DNA of 64,000 bases. Source: Anaerolineae bacterium (GTDB taxonomy: Bacteria > Chloroflexota > Anaerolineae > Aggregatilineales > Phototrophicaceae). Below, piece after piece: positions 1 through 8,288 of this stretch. The notes below the pieces were generated by a model. It had not been told where the DNA came from, searched no databases, and saw only the letters and a list, made by a program, of their open reading frames with translations. Both the position numbers and the translations under genes were made by a program. The stretch lies in assembly GCA_020849765.1 (NCBI GenBank), contig JADLAY010000017.1, forward strand, positions 44,906 through 108,905. Direction: 5' to 3'. Position 1 is the stretch's first letter, and each line of letters opens with the position of its first letter.

Positions 1-1575
1 GGCGTCGCCGCCCTGAGCGCGGTGCCCGGCGCGGTCGTGGTTACTGAGGTCGCCTGCCGCCTGCGCCCCGTGAGTTGGATCGCGATTGCGCTCGTCGTTG
101 CCCTTGCGCTCCCGGTAATGGCGCCGCGCTATCCCAACGTCGTCATCGACGAGCCGGTCACGCCGGGCACCAGCATCCGCTACGAGAGCATCTCCGGCAA
201 CCTGGGCGCGGTCGCCACGGCGGAGTACACGCCGCGCTGGGCGCAAGAACGCCCGCTGGCGGAAGGCTCACCCCAATTCTTCGACGATTGGCGCTGGAAC
301 GTCTACGTCTTGCGCGGTAGCCTGCCGGACGACGTCACGATCACAAGTGAGGACGGCGCACAGCGGACGGGCACACGCATCACCATCGACGCGCCGCAAG
401 CGTTCGCGCTCGACGTGCACCAGTTCTACTTCCCCGGCTGGGCGGCGACGCTCGACGGTGCGCCGGTCGAGATCGCGATTGCCGAACCGTACGGCACCAT
501 GCGCATCCAGATTCCGGCGGGCGAGCACACGCTCGAAGTCTGGTACGCAGGCACCGATGCACAGCACACCGGCGATCTGCTGACGCTGGCCGGGCTGGCG
601 ATCTGCGGGCTGCTGCTGACGCGTCGCAAGCAGAGCACGCCGACCGCCTACGTGGACGACGACAGGCGCACGGGATGGATCGTCGCTGCCGCTGCGATCG
701 TGTTCGCGCTGGTCTACGCCGGGATGGCGAGCCGCCCGTCAACGGATGCGCCGTTCACGCCGCCGCAGAATCTCTCGGCGGCGGGCGGCACGTTCGCGGA
801 TGCTGAGGGGACGCCGCAGATCGAACTGCTCGGCGTGAACCTGTCGCAAACGGACGCGATTCAAGCGGGCGACTGGCTCTACGTCGATCTGTACTGGCGC
901 GCGCTCGGCCCGCTCGACCCCGGTTGGCGCTTCGCCCTGACGCTGATCGACCCGACGCTCAGCCTCGTCTGGGCGCAGAGCGATACCGGCGCGCCCGGCG
1001 GCTTCGACCCGACCATCTGGCCAAGCGATCGCTACGTCGTCGACCGGCACGTCCTGCGCATCCGCGAGGATGGCCAACCTTACGTCGCTGATCTGGCCCT
1101 GCGCATCTACAACGAAGATGGCGACGAGCTGACCTACACGGGCGCCCCGCTGCCGTCGATCCGCATCCTCAACCCGACCTGCCCCGCGCCGCCCGTTGAT
1201 TCGACGCCGGTCTCGCTCACGTTTGGCGATGCAATCTCGCTGCGGACCTATTCATGGGAGCAGGATGGGGATACGGCGCGACTCAGGCTCGACTGGACGA
1301 CAAAGACGCCCTCCGGTGAGGACTACGCCCTGTTCATCCATTTTATGCGGGGTGATGAGCTGCTGCTGGCGGCGGATCGCTCGCCGCTTGACGCGTATCC
1401 GTCGTACCTGTGGACGGCGGGCCAATGCCTCGTCCACTATTCGGCCGTCGAGGTGCCGCCCGGCGCCGACCGGGTACTGATCGGCTTCTACGACCGCGCG
1501 ACATTAGCGAGGCTGCCCGCACACGGCAGCGCTGTGACACTCGAAAACGACGGCCTCGTCATCCGGCTGGATTGA
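1..1575 (+). CDS. 5'-truncated CDS: membrane-anchored protein with a large extracytoplasmic region, function unknown (envelope-glycan neighbourhood)
   Basis: Frame 1 is open from nt 1 (no stop upstream of the listed GTG at 22) to TGA 1573-1575. TM-like stretches VSWIAIALVVALALPVMA and LLTLAGLAICGLLLT. No motif I can name. Confidence 0.55.
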   Translation, partial: GVAALSAVPGAVVVTEVACRLRPVSWIAIALVVALALPVMAPRYPNVVIDEPVTPGTSIRYESISGNLGAVATAEYTPRWAQERPLAEGSPQFFDDWRWNVYVLRGSLPDDVTITSEDGAQRTGTRITIDAPQAFALDVHQFYFPGWAATLDGAPVEIAIAEPYGTMRIQIPAGEHTLEVWYAGTDAQHTGDLLTLAGLAICGLLLTRRKQSTPTAYVDDDRRTGWIVAAAAIVFALVYAGMASRPSTDAPFTPPQNLSAAGGTFADAEGTPQIELLGVNLSQTDAIQAGDWLYVDLYWRALGPLDPGWRFALTLIDPTLSLVWAQSDTGAPGGFDPTIWPSDRYVVDRHVLRIREDGQPYVADLALRIYNEDGDELTYTGAPLPSIRILNPTCPAPPVDSTPVSLTFGDAISLRTYSWEQDGDTARLRLDWTTKTPSGEDYALFIHFMRGDELLLAADRSPLDAYPSYLWTAGQCLVHYSAVEVPPGADRVLIGFYDRATLARLPAHGSAVTLENDGLVIRLD

Positions 1576-1612
1576 CGGGCCGCGTTGTGGGGGTTGTGAG
1601 AAGGCTTTTCAA

Positions 1613-1813
1613 TCAGCCGGTTTGACGCACTTCGTCGTCTTCGTCCCAGGCACCGCGTTCCTGGCCCTCGCCGAGCAGGTGCGAGCGGGCTTCGACGACC
1701 TGTTCGAAGTCAACCGGAGCCGGAGCGATCCTGGCGACGCGAGCGTCTTCACCTGAGCCGTCGACCACTTTCGTGCCGAGCGCATCATTCGGGCGGAAGT
1801 TGTCGTGGGTCAT
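1613..1813 (-). CDS. Small acidic protein, 66 aa (paralog A of 2021-2329)
   Basis: ATG 1811-1813 (MTHDNF..) is preceded by GCAAGGAAAACGATC. C-terminus SHLLGEGQERGAWDEDDEVRQTG is nearly identical to that of the neighbour. The listed 81-aa ORF was trimmed to the ATG with an RBS. Confidence 0.6.
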   Translation of the reverse strand: MTHDNFRPNDALGTKVVDGSGEDARVARIAPAPVDFEQVVEARSHLLGEGQERGAWDEDDEVRQTG

Positions 1814-1864
1814 GATCGTTTTCCTTGCCGGGATAGATGTGCAAAATTTCACAATCAAACCCGT

Positions 1865-1915
1865 ATTAAATCGGAAAACGTGACCCTTCGCAAAGGGATT
1901 GTGACATTTGTCACT
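1865..1915 (-). promoter_or_regulatory. Putative promoter of small-protein gene A with an upstream CRP/FNR-like palindrome
   Basis: Minus strand: TTGCGA (plus 1888-1893), 17 nt, TTTAAT (plus 1865-1870). TGTGA-N6-TCAC lies at 1900-1915, 6 nt upstream of the -35. The same layout recurs before paralog B. Confidence 0.4.
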
Positions 1916-2020
1916 AACGAAAACGGCGATCAGGTGACGATCTGCCGCCAGCGGAGTTGTGCTGCTGGGCGCTCGCCGATCGATCCTGAGCGCCGCAGCA
2001 GTCTTCGTCAGATGCGACGC

Positions 2021-2329
2021 TCAGCCCGATTGGCGAACGTCGTCGTCTTCATCGGCCTTGCCGCGTTCCTGCCCTTCGCCGAGCAGACGTGAGCGCCCCT
2101 CGTCGTGATCTTCTTTGTCCGGTGACTTCGTTGACGCTTTGACGTCACGGACGTCTTCGCCCTCGTCGTCGTTCGCTTCATTCTTCTTGCCAAAGGCGTA
2201 GTCACCGTGCGGATCGTCGTCCGCCTTGCTCGCTGGTGTGCGCCCACGCCAACTCACGGACGTCGTATTCTGCAGCGGCGGCGCTTCCTTGTCCTTGCCG
2301 TCCTTCGGCTTTTGTTTGTCGTCGCTCAT
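2021..2329 (-). CDS. Small acidic Lys/Asp/Glu-rich protein, 102 aa (paralog B)
   Basis: These are the last 102 codons of the listed 363-aa ORF. ATG 2327-2329 (MSDDKQK..) is preceded by GCAAGGAAACCATC. C-terminus is SRLLGEGQERGKADEDDDVRQSG. The rest of the 363-aa ORF overlaps the GT4 gene out of frame. Confidence 0.6.
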   Translation of the reverse strand: MSDDKQKPKDGKDKEAPPLQNTTSVSWRGRTPASKADDDPHGDYAFGKKNEANDDEGEDVRDVKASTKSPDKEDHDEGRSRLLGEGQERGKADEDDDVRQSG

Positions 2330-2375
2330 GATGGTTTCCTTGCTGGATATGACCGTAAAGATTACGACCTTCCCG

Positions 2376-2424
2376 ATCTTAGACCGAAAATGCGCTGCCG
2401 CAAAGGACTTGTGACCTATCTCGC
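2376..2424 (-). promoter_or_regulatory. Putative promoter of small-protein gene B with a half-conserved CRP/FNR-like box
   Basis: Minus strand: TTGCGG (plus 2398-2403), 16 nt, TAAGAT (plus 2376-2381). TGTGA-N6-TCGC lies at 2410-2424, again 6 nt upstream of the -35. Confidence 0.35.
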
Positions 2425-3543
2425 TCCCTGCTGGGTGACCCAGCGGTAGACGGCGTCGATCTGCTCGACCATCGCCGCGAGGCTGAGCGATTCCGCTGTC
2501 CGTCGCGCCTCCACCCGCGCCGCCGCCAGCCGCGCCGGATCGTCGAGCAAGCCCCGGATGGCCGCCGCCATCGCCCCGGCATCGCCCACCGGCACGGCGA
2601 CGCCCAGGCCGCGATGATCCGGCAGCATGCCGACCGCGGTGCCGACTGTGGGCAGGCCGCAGGACGCCGCTTCGAGCGTCGCCAGCGGGCCGGTCTCCGT
2701 CCAGGTTGCCATCAGGTGCAGCGCCGCGCGCCGGTAATGGGCGGGCAGGTCGAGGTGATCGACGCGCCCGATCCAGCGCACGCGCTCGGCCACGCCAAGC
2801 TCGACCGCCAACCGTTCGAGCCGCCCCCGCTCCGGGCCGTCGCCGATCACCTCGAGCGTCACGTCGGCGGGTAGCAGCGCCAGCGCGCGCAGCAGCAGCG
2901 CCTGATCTTTGATCGGGATCAGTGAGCCGACGTGGATCAAACGCCGAGGGTCGTAATCGCCGCCGGGCGTGAAATGATCCGTATCGACGCCGAGACAGAC
3001 GCGCTGCAAACGCTCGGCAGGCACGCGATAGCCGGCCCGCCCGATCAGGCCGTCGCTGTAGGCACAGGTCGAGAGCACGGCATCTGCCCGCAGCGCCTGA
3101 CCGACGATCCACCGGCTGAAGCGCGAGCGCTGCAAGCCGTAGCCGACTTCGGGGAAGCTGACCAGTTCACCGCCCAGGATCGAGACGACCGACGGCAGGC
3201 CGAGCTGCCGCCCTGCCCAGGCGGCCAGCGCGCCGGTCTCATCCGCCCACAGGCCATGGAGCAGATCGAACGGCGCCTCACGATGGAGCCGCCGGATCAC
3301 CCGCAGCGCATCGGCCCACAGCAGCAAACGACGCGCGCCGCTGGCTTGCGCCCAGCCAAGCGCCGTCACACCGACGCCGTCGATGCGATAGCGGTCGCGC
3401 CGGTGTGGATAGCGCAGGGCGATCACGTGGACGTCGTGCGTCTCGGCCAGCCGCGCGATCGTGCGCCGCCAGACCGGCAGCGCCCAGTCGGTCTCGTCAG
3501 TGCTGTGGCCGGGGATCAGGATGCCGACGCGCAAGCGCTTCAC
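2416..3543 (-). CDS. Glycosyltransferase, GT4 (Glycos_transf_1-type)
   Basis: 375 aa. N-terminal Rossmann start MKRLRVGILIPG. C-terminal GT1/GT4-like region (..HVGSLIPIKDQ.., ..EASCGLPTVGTAVGMLPD..). 4-nt overlap with the upstream GT39 gene. Confidence 0.8.
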   Translation of the reverse strand: MKRLRVGILIPGHSTDETDWALPVWRRTIARLAETHDVHVIALRYPHRRDRYRIDGVGVTALGWAQASGARRLLLWADALRVIRRLHREAPFDLLHGLWADETGALAAWAGRQLGLPSVVSILGGELVSFPEVGYGLQRSRFSRWIVGQALRADAVLSTCAYSDGLIGRAGYRVPAERLQRVCLGVDTDHFTPGGDYDPRRLIHVGSLIPIKDQALLLRALALLPADVTLEVIGDGPERGRLERLAVELGVAERVRWIGRVDHLDLPAHYRRAALHLMATWTETGPLATLEAASCGLPTVGTAVGMLPDHRGLGVAVPVGDAGAMAAAIRGLLDDPARLAAARVEARRTAESLSLAAMVEQIDAVYRWVTQQGAR

Positions 3544-5156
3544 GGTCGCACCTCGTAGAGCGTGAAGTTGCCGTAGCGCCCGATTTCGTCCAGGCCGCGC
3601 GTCTCACGCAGCCAGCGGACGGCGATCTCCGGGCTGAGGCCGCGCCATTGATTCTCGATCTGCCAGCGGTTGATCAGCAGATAATCGGTCGCCCCATCGC
3701 GCGCGCCGGCCAGCGTCTCCGGCGTCTGATCGTAGAGTTCGCGCGGCTCGAAGCGGGTGTAGCGGCGGAGGGGCAGCGCCAGCCCCAGGGCATAAACGCG
3801 CGCGTCGGGCGGGAGCTGCGTCTCCAACCAGGCGATCACCTGCTTGTCTTCGCTCTGGCGGGCGATGAAGGCCCTCGTGTAATCGACGCCGGTCGCGATC
3901 ATCTGCCCCAGCCCGACCGTGCAGACGATCAGCGCCAGCGCGAGCGCAAACCTGCGAACGCGATGCTGAAGCGTGAGCAACGCCTCCAGGCCGAGCGCCG
4001 CCAGCAGTGCGACCGCCGGGACGACGATCAGTGGGAAGCGGATGTTCTGGTACGGTGTCCCGGCCAGGAAGGCGTATGGCAGCAGCAGCCAGCCGAGGGC
4101 GAGGAGAGTCAGTGGTAGGGGCGCCCTCACCCTAAATCCCTCTCCCTGATGGAGAGGGACTTTCACGAGATCTTTTCGCTCCCCTTCTCCCTGAGGGAGA
4201 AGGGGCTGGGGGATGAGGGTCACAGGAGTCTGTCGTCTCTGCGACAGCGTCAACGCCCACTGCTTCCGCCATAGCAGCGCATAGACCCCAACGGCGACCA
4301 GCGGCGCGAGCCACGGCGACAGATAGATCGGCGCGTAGACCGGCTGCGCGTAGAAGGCGGCGTTGGTCGTCGCATACTCGAAATGTCCGTCGGCGTTGTC
4401 GAACGTGCTGCGCAGAGCATTGGCGGGCGACCAGCCGATCACCCACGGATGATCGAGCGCCGGGTAGGGATTGTTCAGGCTGTAGGCCGTCTGCGCGAGG
4501 ACGATCGGCAGCGCGCACAGAGCGGCGATCCCCAGGTGACGGAGCCTGGCGCGCATCGCGATCAGGGCCGCGATCCAGACCGGGACGAGGCCGAGGTAGA
4601 TCCAGCGCGTGACGACGGCGCAGACGAGCGCGACCGCCGCCAGGGCCAGCAAACCCCCACGCCCCGTGCGACCATAGTGCATGAGACCGAGCGCACTCAA
4701 ACTTGCCCAGAACAGCGCCGGAATATCCGACATGAGGACGACGCTCGACTGGATCGCCTGGCCGCCGACGGCGACGATCAGCCCGGCCAGCGCCGCGCTC
4801 CACGGGCGGCAGCCGCACTCGCGCGCCAGCAGGTAGACGATGGCACTGAGCGCGACGCCGATCAGCAGGCCGACCGCCTGCGCCGCGGCGATGCTCCCGC
4901 CGCTGACGGCGAAGACGAGCCCCAGCAGCGCCGGGTAGCCAAGCGGCCAGTAGAACGGCGGGATCGCCTCGCCATGCGCGAGCGCCGCCGACAGCCGCTC
5001 GGCGAAGTCGGCATAGGCGTAGGCGTCCTGGCCGTAAAGACCGTCGAAGCCCGCCCCGGCGAGCACGTGCAGGCGCAGCGCCAGCGCGACGAGGCAGACG
5101 AAAGCGAGGAGGAGTGAGTCGAGTGAAGGGCGAAGGCGGGGAGTCATACCACTCAC
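3540..5156 (-). CDS. Polytopic membrane glycosyltransferase, GT39/ArnT/PMT_2-like (GT-C)
   Basis: 538 aa with more than 10 hydrophobic helices. N-terminal DAYAYADFAERL-type loop typical of ArnT/PMT-like enzymes. Contains an in-frame repeat insertion (see 4124-4220). Confidence 0.7.
   Translation of the reverse strand: MSGMTPRLRPSLDSLLLAFVCLVALALRLHVLAGAGFDGLYGQDAYAYADFAERLSAALAHGEAIPPFYWPLGYPALLGLVFAVSGGSIAAAQAVGLLIGVALSAIVYLLARECGCRPWSAALAGLIVAVGGQAIQSSVVLMSDIPALFWASLSALGLMHYGRTGRGGLLALAAVALVCAVVTRWIYLGLVPVWIAALIAMRARLRHLGIAALCALPIVLAQTAYSLNNPYPALDHPWVIGWSPANALRSTFDNADGHFEYATTNAAFYAQPVYAPIYLSPWLAPLVAVGVYALLWRKQWALTLSQRRQTPVTLIPQPLLPQGEGERKDLVKVPLHQGEGFRVRAPLPLTLLALGWLLLPYAFLAGTPYQNIRFPLIVVPAVALLAALGLEALLTLQHRVRRFALALALIVCTVGLGQMIATGVDYTRAFIARQSEDKQVIAWLETQLPPDARVYALGLALPLRRYTRFEPRELYDQTPETLAGARDGATDYLLINRWQIENQWRGLSPEIAVRWLRETRGLDEIGRYGNFTLYEVRP
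4124..4220. repeat. Hairpin-pair repeat element (family B), copy 1, inserted in-frame in the GT39 gene
   Basis: Layout: CCCTCACCCTAAA, then TCCCTCTCCCTGATGGAGAGGGA, then a spacer, then CCCCTTCTCCCTGAGGGAGAAGGGG, then GGGGATGAGGGT. Same architecture in inverted orientation at 41581-41700, and a shorter form at 52014-52081. Confidence 0.75.
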
Positions 5157-5335
5157 CGCGCGCGATCCATCGCCAGGGACTCAAGCCCCTGGCTAGGGTT
5201 GCGCCCGGTGAACCGGGCTGCGATGGCCGACGCCACCCGAAAACTAGCCCCGTTTACGGGGCGCAGCCTCAGCCGGATGGTTAACCATCCGGCGGGCACC
5301 AGATCTGGCAACATCGTTCACTTTCGCTTCCCCAT
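5157..5335. repeat. Intergenic cluster of four short GC-rich hairpins
   Basis: CCAGGG-N7-CCCCTGG; CCCGG-TGAA-CCGGG; GCCCCG-TTTA-CGGGGC; GCCGGATGG-TTAA-CCATCCGGC (perfect). Lies between the MerR-family stop and the GT39 start. Confidence 0.5.
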
Positions 5336-6145
5336 TCATACCCGTTGCACCGGGAACTGCACCTCGGTTACGTAGGCATCCGGCGCGATACCCTCGGCGG
5401 GTCCGTGCAGATAGACCTCGCGGCTCGGCCCGGCGATCGGGTAGCCATTCTGCTCGATCCAGCGCATAACGGCGGTGTAGGCGGTGCCGATCGAGTCATA
5501 CTCGCCCTGGTAGATCGTCGTCACCATGTCCGCGCCGGGCAATGCGCGCACCTGGACGCGCCCGTCGCCCTCGCCGCCCACGATGGGCACGACGACCTCG
5601 ACGTCGCAGTCGGACTCGCGGTATTCGCCGTCGTGGAAGATCGCCATCAGCGGCCCGGTCGGCTGGATGCCGCGCGGCATCAGACTGCCGAACAGATCGC
5701 CGACGAGCTGGCCGGTGTGGCTGTAGGTCGGGATGGTGGCCCGCAGCGACGCTACCGTGAGCGACTCGACCGGCTTGAGCACGACTTCGTAGGCGGGCAG
5801 GTCGCCCTCGCGCTCGATCTGCTTGAGCCGCAGCATCAGTTGTTCCAGGCGCTGCTGCTCGGCGGCCATCTGCTGCTCGATCTCGGCGCGGCGCAGGCGG
5901 AACATGCCGCGCAGTTCGTCGGCGGAGATGTCCTCAGCGATCATCTGGCGGATCTGTTCCAGCGAGAAGCCGAGCGCCTTGAGCGCCAGAATGCGATTGA
6001 GGCGCGGCAGTTGATCTGCCGAGTAATAGCGATAGCCGGTCGCCGGGTCGACGCGCGCGGGCTGCAGCAGGCCCTCCTGATCGTAGAAACGAAGCGTCTT
6101 GACGGTGACCTGGCTCAACCTGGAGAATTCGCCGATTTTGAACAT
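5336..6145 (-). CDS. MerR-family transcriptional regulator with a C-terminal GyrI-like effector-binding domain (BmrR/TipA-type)
   Basis: Starts MFKIGEFSRLSQVTVKTLRFYDQEGLL (MerR HTH), followed by a coiled coil, then a GyrI-like C-terminal half. ATG at 6143-6145. The upstream part of the listed 413-aa ORF was discarded. Confidence 0.85.
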   Translation of the reverse strand: MFKIGEFSRLSQVTVKTLRFYDQEGLLQPARVDPATGYRYYSADQLPRLNRILALKALGFSLEQIRQMIAEDISADELRGMFRLRRAEIEQQMAAEQQRLEQLMLRLKQIEREGDLPAYEVVLKPVESLTVASLRATIPTYSHTGQLVGDLFGSLMPRGIQPTGPLMAIFHDGEYRESDCDVEVVVPIVGGEGDGRVQVRALPGADMVTTIYQGEYDSIGTAYTAVMRWIEQNGYPIAGPSREVYLHGPAEGIAPDAYVTEVQFPVQRV

Positions 6146-6235
6146 GCACTCGTCCTTGACTCTCCCTTTAGGGGAGGGTGCATCATGAGAGTAGTGTACG
6201 CCAGCATGCCCATCAGCACTACGCGGAGGAACGCG

Positions 6236-6859
6236 ATGCTCACCAAACTCGACCTCAAGAAAGATCTCAAACACCTGTACAACCCGTCGGCCAAGGACTT
6301 CAGCGTGGTCGAGGTGCCACCGCTGCGCTTCCTCATGATCGACGGCGCGGGCGATCCGAATACGTCGCCGGCCTACACGGATGCCGTCAGCGCATTGTTC
6401 GGCGTCGCTAACGCGATCAAGTTCGCCGTCAAGAAAGCGGGGCTGCTCGATTATGCCGTCATGCCGCTCGAAGGGTTGTGGTGGGCAGAGGATATGACGC
6501 AGTTCAGCACGGACGACAAATCGAACTGGCTGTGGACGGTCATGGTCGCCCAGCCGGAGGTCGTGAGCGAGGCGCACGTCGAGGCGGCACTGGCTGCGGT
6601 CAAACGCAAGGCGCCGTCACCCGCGCTGGATCGGGTGCGCTTCGAGATCTTCCACGAGGGGCTATCCGTCCAGATCATGCACATCGGCCCGTTCACGGCG
6701 GAAGGGCCGACCATCGCCCGCCTGCATGGCGAATTCATGCCCGCGCATGGCTACGTCGAAGCCGGGCAGCATCACGAGATCTATCTGACCGACGTCCGCC
6801 GCGCCGCGCCGGAGAAGTGGAAGACCGTCCTTCGTCAGCCGGTGCGCCCGCGCGGTTGA
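6236..6859 (+). CDS. GyrI-like small-molecule-binding domain protein
   Basis: ATG 6236 with GGAGGA 6 nt upstream. MLTKLDLKKDLKHLYNPSAKDFSVVEVPPLRFLMIDG.. is typical of GyrI-like/DUF-type binders. Divergent from the MerR gene. The first ~300 codons of the listed 504-aa ORF are antisense to the MerR gene. Confidence 0.75.
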   Translation: MLTKLDLKKDLKHLYNPSAKDFSVVEVPPLRFLMIDGAGDPNTSPAYTDAVSALFGVANAIKFAVKKAGLLDYAVMPLEGLWWAEDMTQFSTDDKSNWLWTVMVAQPEVVSEAHVEAALAAVKRKAPSPALDRVRFEIFHEGLSVQIMHIGPFTAEGPTIARLHGEFMPAHGYVEAGQHHEIYLTDVRRAAPEKWKTVLRQPVRPRG

Positions 6860-8085
6860 TCGCCGCCCAAACCGATCATGAGCGCGATGAAAGCCAGCGC
6901 CTCGACCAGCGCCAACGCTTGAGCTGCGCCCACCGCCCCTGCCCGCTCGATCAGCCAGGCGCTGGCGGCGAACTGGACGACGACCGCCGCGCCATTGACC
7001 AGATTGACCCGCGCTTCGCGCCCGCGCGCATAGCCATCAAGCGTACGCCCGCCGCGCAGCAGTCCGAAGGCGAGCGCCAGGCCGAGCCATTGCAGCGCCG
7101 GAACGGCGGGCGTGAAGTCCGCGCCGAAGACGAGCTCGATCAGCAGCGGGGCGAACAGTGCTAGCGCCGCGCCCGCCAGCACGCCATAGCCGAGCAAGCC
7201 GAGCAGCGCCCGGCGGAAGGTCGCCCGCAGGCGTTGAGGATCGGCGGCCAGGGCGCTCAAGGCCGGGAACAACGCGCCGAAGAAGGCGTTCGGCAGCAGG
7301 CGTGCGGCCTCACTGAAACGGTTCGCCGCCGCGAAATAACCCGCCGCATCCGCCCCGGCCAGGCTTTCGAGCAGGATGAAGCTCAGGCGCATCTGTGCGG
7401 CGAAGAAGACCGCCGCCAACCCGAAATGGCCGCTCGCGCGCAGCAGCGGCAGCACAGCCATCCGCCTCCCGCTCGGCGGCGCGTAATGGCGCGCGCGGTA
7501 GATCCACCAGGCTGCACCCAACTGCCCGGCTGAGGTCAGCGTGTTGATCAGGAAGACGAGCAGCAGGCGCGCGCTCATATCGGCGGATGGTTCCGTCAAT
7601 AGAGCCAGCGCCGTCAACGGCAGTTGCACGACCAGCATGCCGATATTCAGCCACGGGATCGGGCGCATGTCGCCGCGCGCGCGAAAGACCGCCGTGTAGG
7701 TGCTGAACAGCGGTTGGATCAGCACCAGCGGCGCGCTGATCTGCAAGCCGATGGCGGTCAGCGGGTCGGTGCTCAGGCTCGGCGCGGCGACGATCAAGAG
7801 CAGCGTCATGCCGCCGCCCATGATCTGGCGGGCGCGCACCGCCGCTCGCACGAGATCACCGCGGCGCGCCTCGTCCTGCGCGATCTCACGCGTCAGCAGT
7901 GTGCCCAGCCCGAACTCGACCCCCAGCGCCAGCGGCATGACCCAGGCCAGCGCCACGCCGTAGATGCCCAGCCCCTCTGCGCCGAGCGCCCGTCCGATCA
8001 GCGCGGCGAGCAGGAACGACAGCCCGGCCGTGCCGACATTGCTGACGGCGAGCGTGATCGTGTGGGTGGAGAGTCGTCCGCGCAT
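6835..8085 (-). CDS. Polysaccharide/oligosaccharide flippase (Wzx/MOP superfamily)
   Basis: 416 aa, about 12 TM. The N-terminus (..ITLAVSNVGTAGLSFLLAALIGRALGAEGLGIYGVA..) is typical of Polysacc_synt proteins. Confidence 0.7.
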   Translation of the reverse strand: MRGRLSTHTITLAVSNVGTAGLSFLLAALIGRALGAEGLGIYGVALAWVMPLALGVEFGLGTLLTREIAQDEARRGDLVRAAVRARQIMGGGMTLLLIVAAPSLSTDPLTAIGLQISAPLVLIQPLFSTYTAVFRARGDMRPIPWLNIGMLVVQLPLTALALLTEPSADMSARLLLVFLINTLTSAGQLGAAWWIYRARHYAPPSGRRMAVLPLLRASGHFGLAAVFFAAQMRLSFILLESLAGADAAGYFAAANRFSEAARLLPNAFFGALFPALSALAADPQRLRATFRRALLGLLGYGVLAGAALALFAPLLIELVFGADFTPAVPALQWLGLALAFGLLRGGRTLDGYARGREARVNLVNGAAVVVQFAASAWLIERAGAVGAAQALALVEALAFIALMIGLGGDQPRGRTG

Positions 8086-8118
8086 GTTCCTCCGAGGCGG
8101 GTGTGATGCGAGGTCGAT

Positions 8119-8199
8119 TGTAGCGGATGGCGACGCAAATCAGGTTGCGGTCTCATGTAGGGGCGAGGCGATGCCTCGCCCTGGGTCGCCCTACATGAG
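8119..8199. repeat. REP-like elements (family A, GTAG-headed palindromes)
   Basis: GTAGGGGCGAGGC-GAT-GCCTCGCCC at 8157-8181, nested in the outer inverted repeat CTCATGTAGGG..CCCTACATGAG (8152-8199). A degenerate GTAGCGGATGGCGACGCAAATC at 8119-8143 resembles the REP at 33380. Confidence 0.6.
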
Positions 8200-8288
8200 A
8201 TGTGGCTGGCTCGCAAATCGTGGTTTGTTGGCCTTACATGGACTGCGGGTGATCGGCTATATTCATCCGGCGCAAAAATCATACCAGT

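Noticed and set aside
2021-3112. 363-aa minus-strand ORF
   Set aside because: Only its last 102 codons (2021-2329) have an RBS/ATG and natural composition. The remainder is Arg/Gly/Ala-rich and overlaps the GT4 gene in another frame, which is a high-GC artefact.
4132-5184. 350-aa minus ORF and 244-aa plus ORF (4383-5117) overlapping the GT39 gene
   Set aside because: Arg/Pro/Gly-rich alternate-frame and antisense ORFs. The GT39 frame has coherent TM helices.
5345-6235. N-terminal ~300 codons of the 504-aa plus-strand ORF
   Set aside because: Antisense to the well-supported MerR-family gene. The real gene starts at ATG 6236, which has a GGAGGA RBS.
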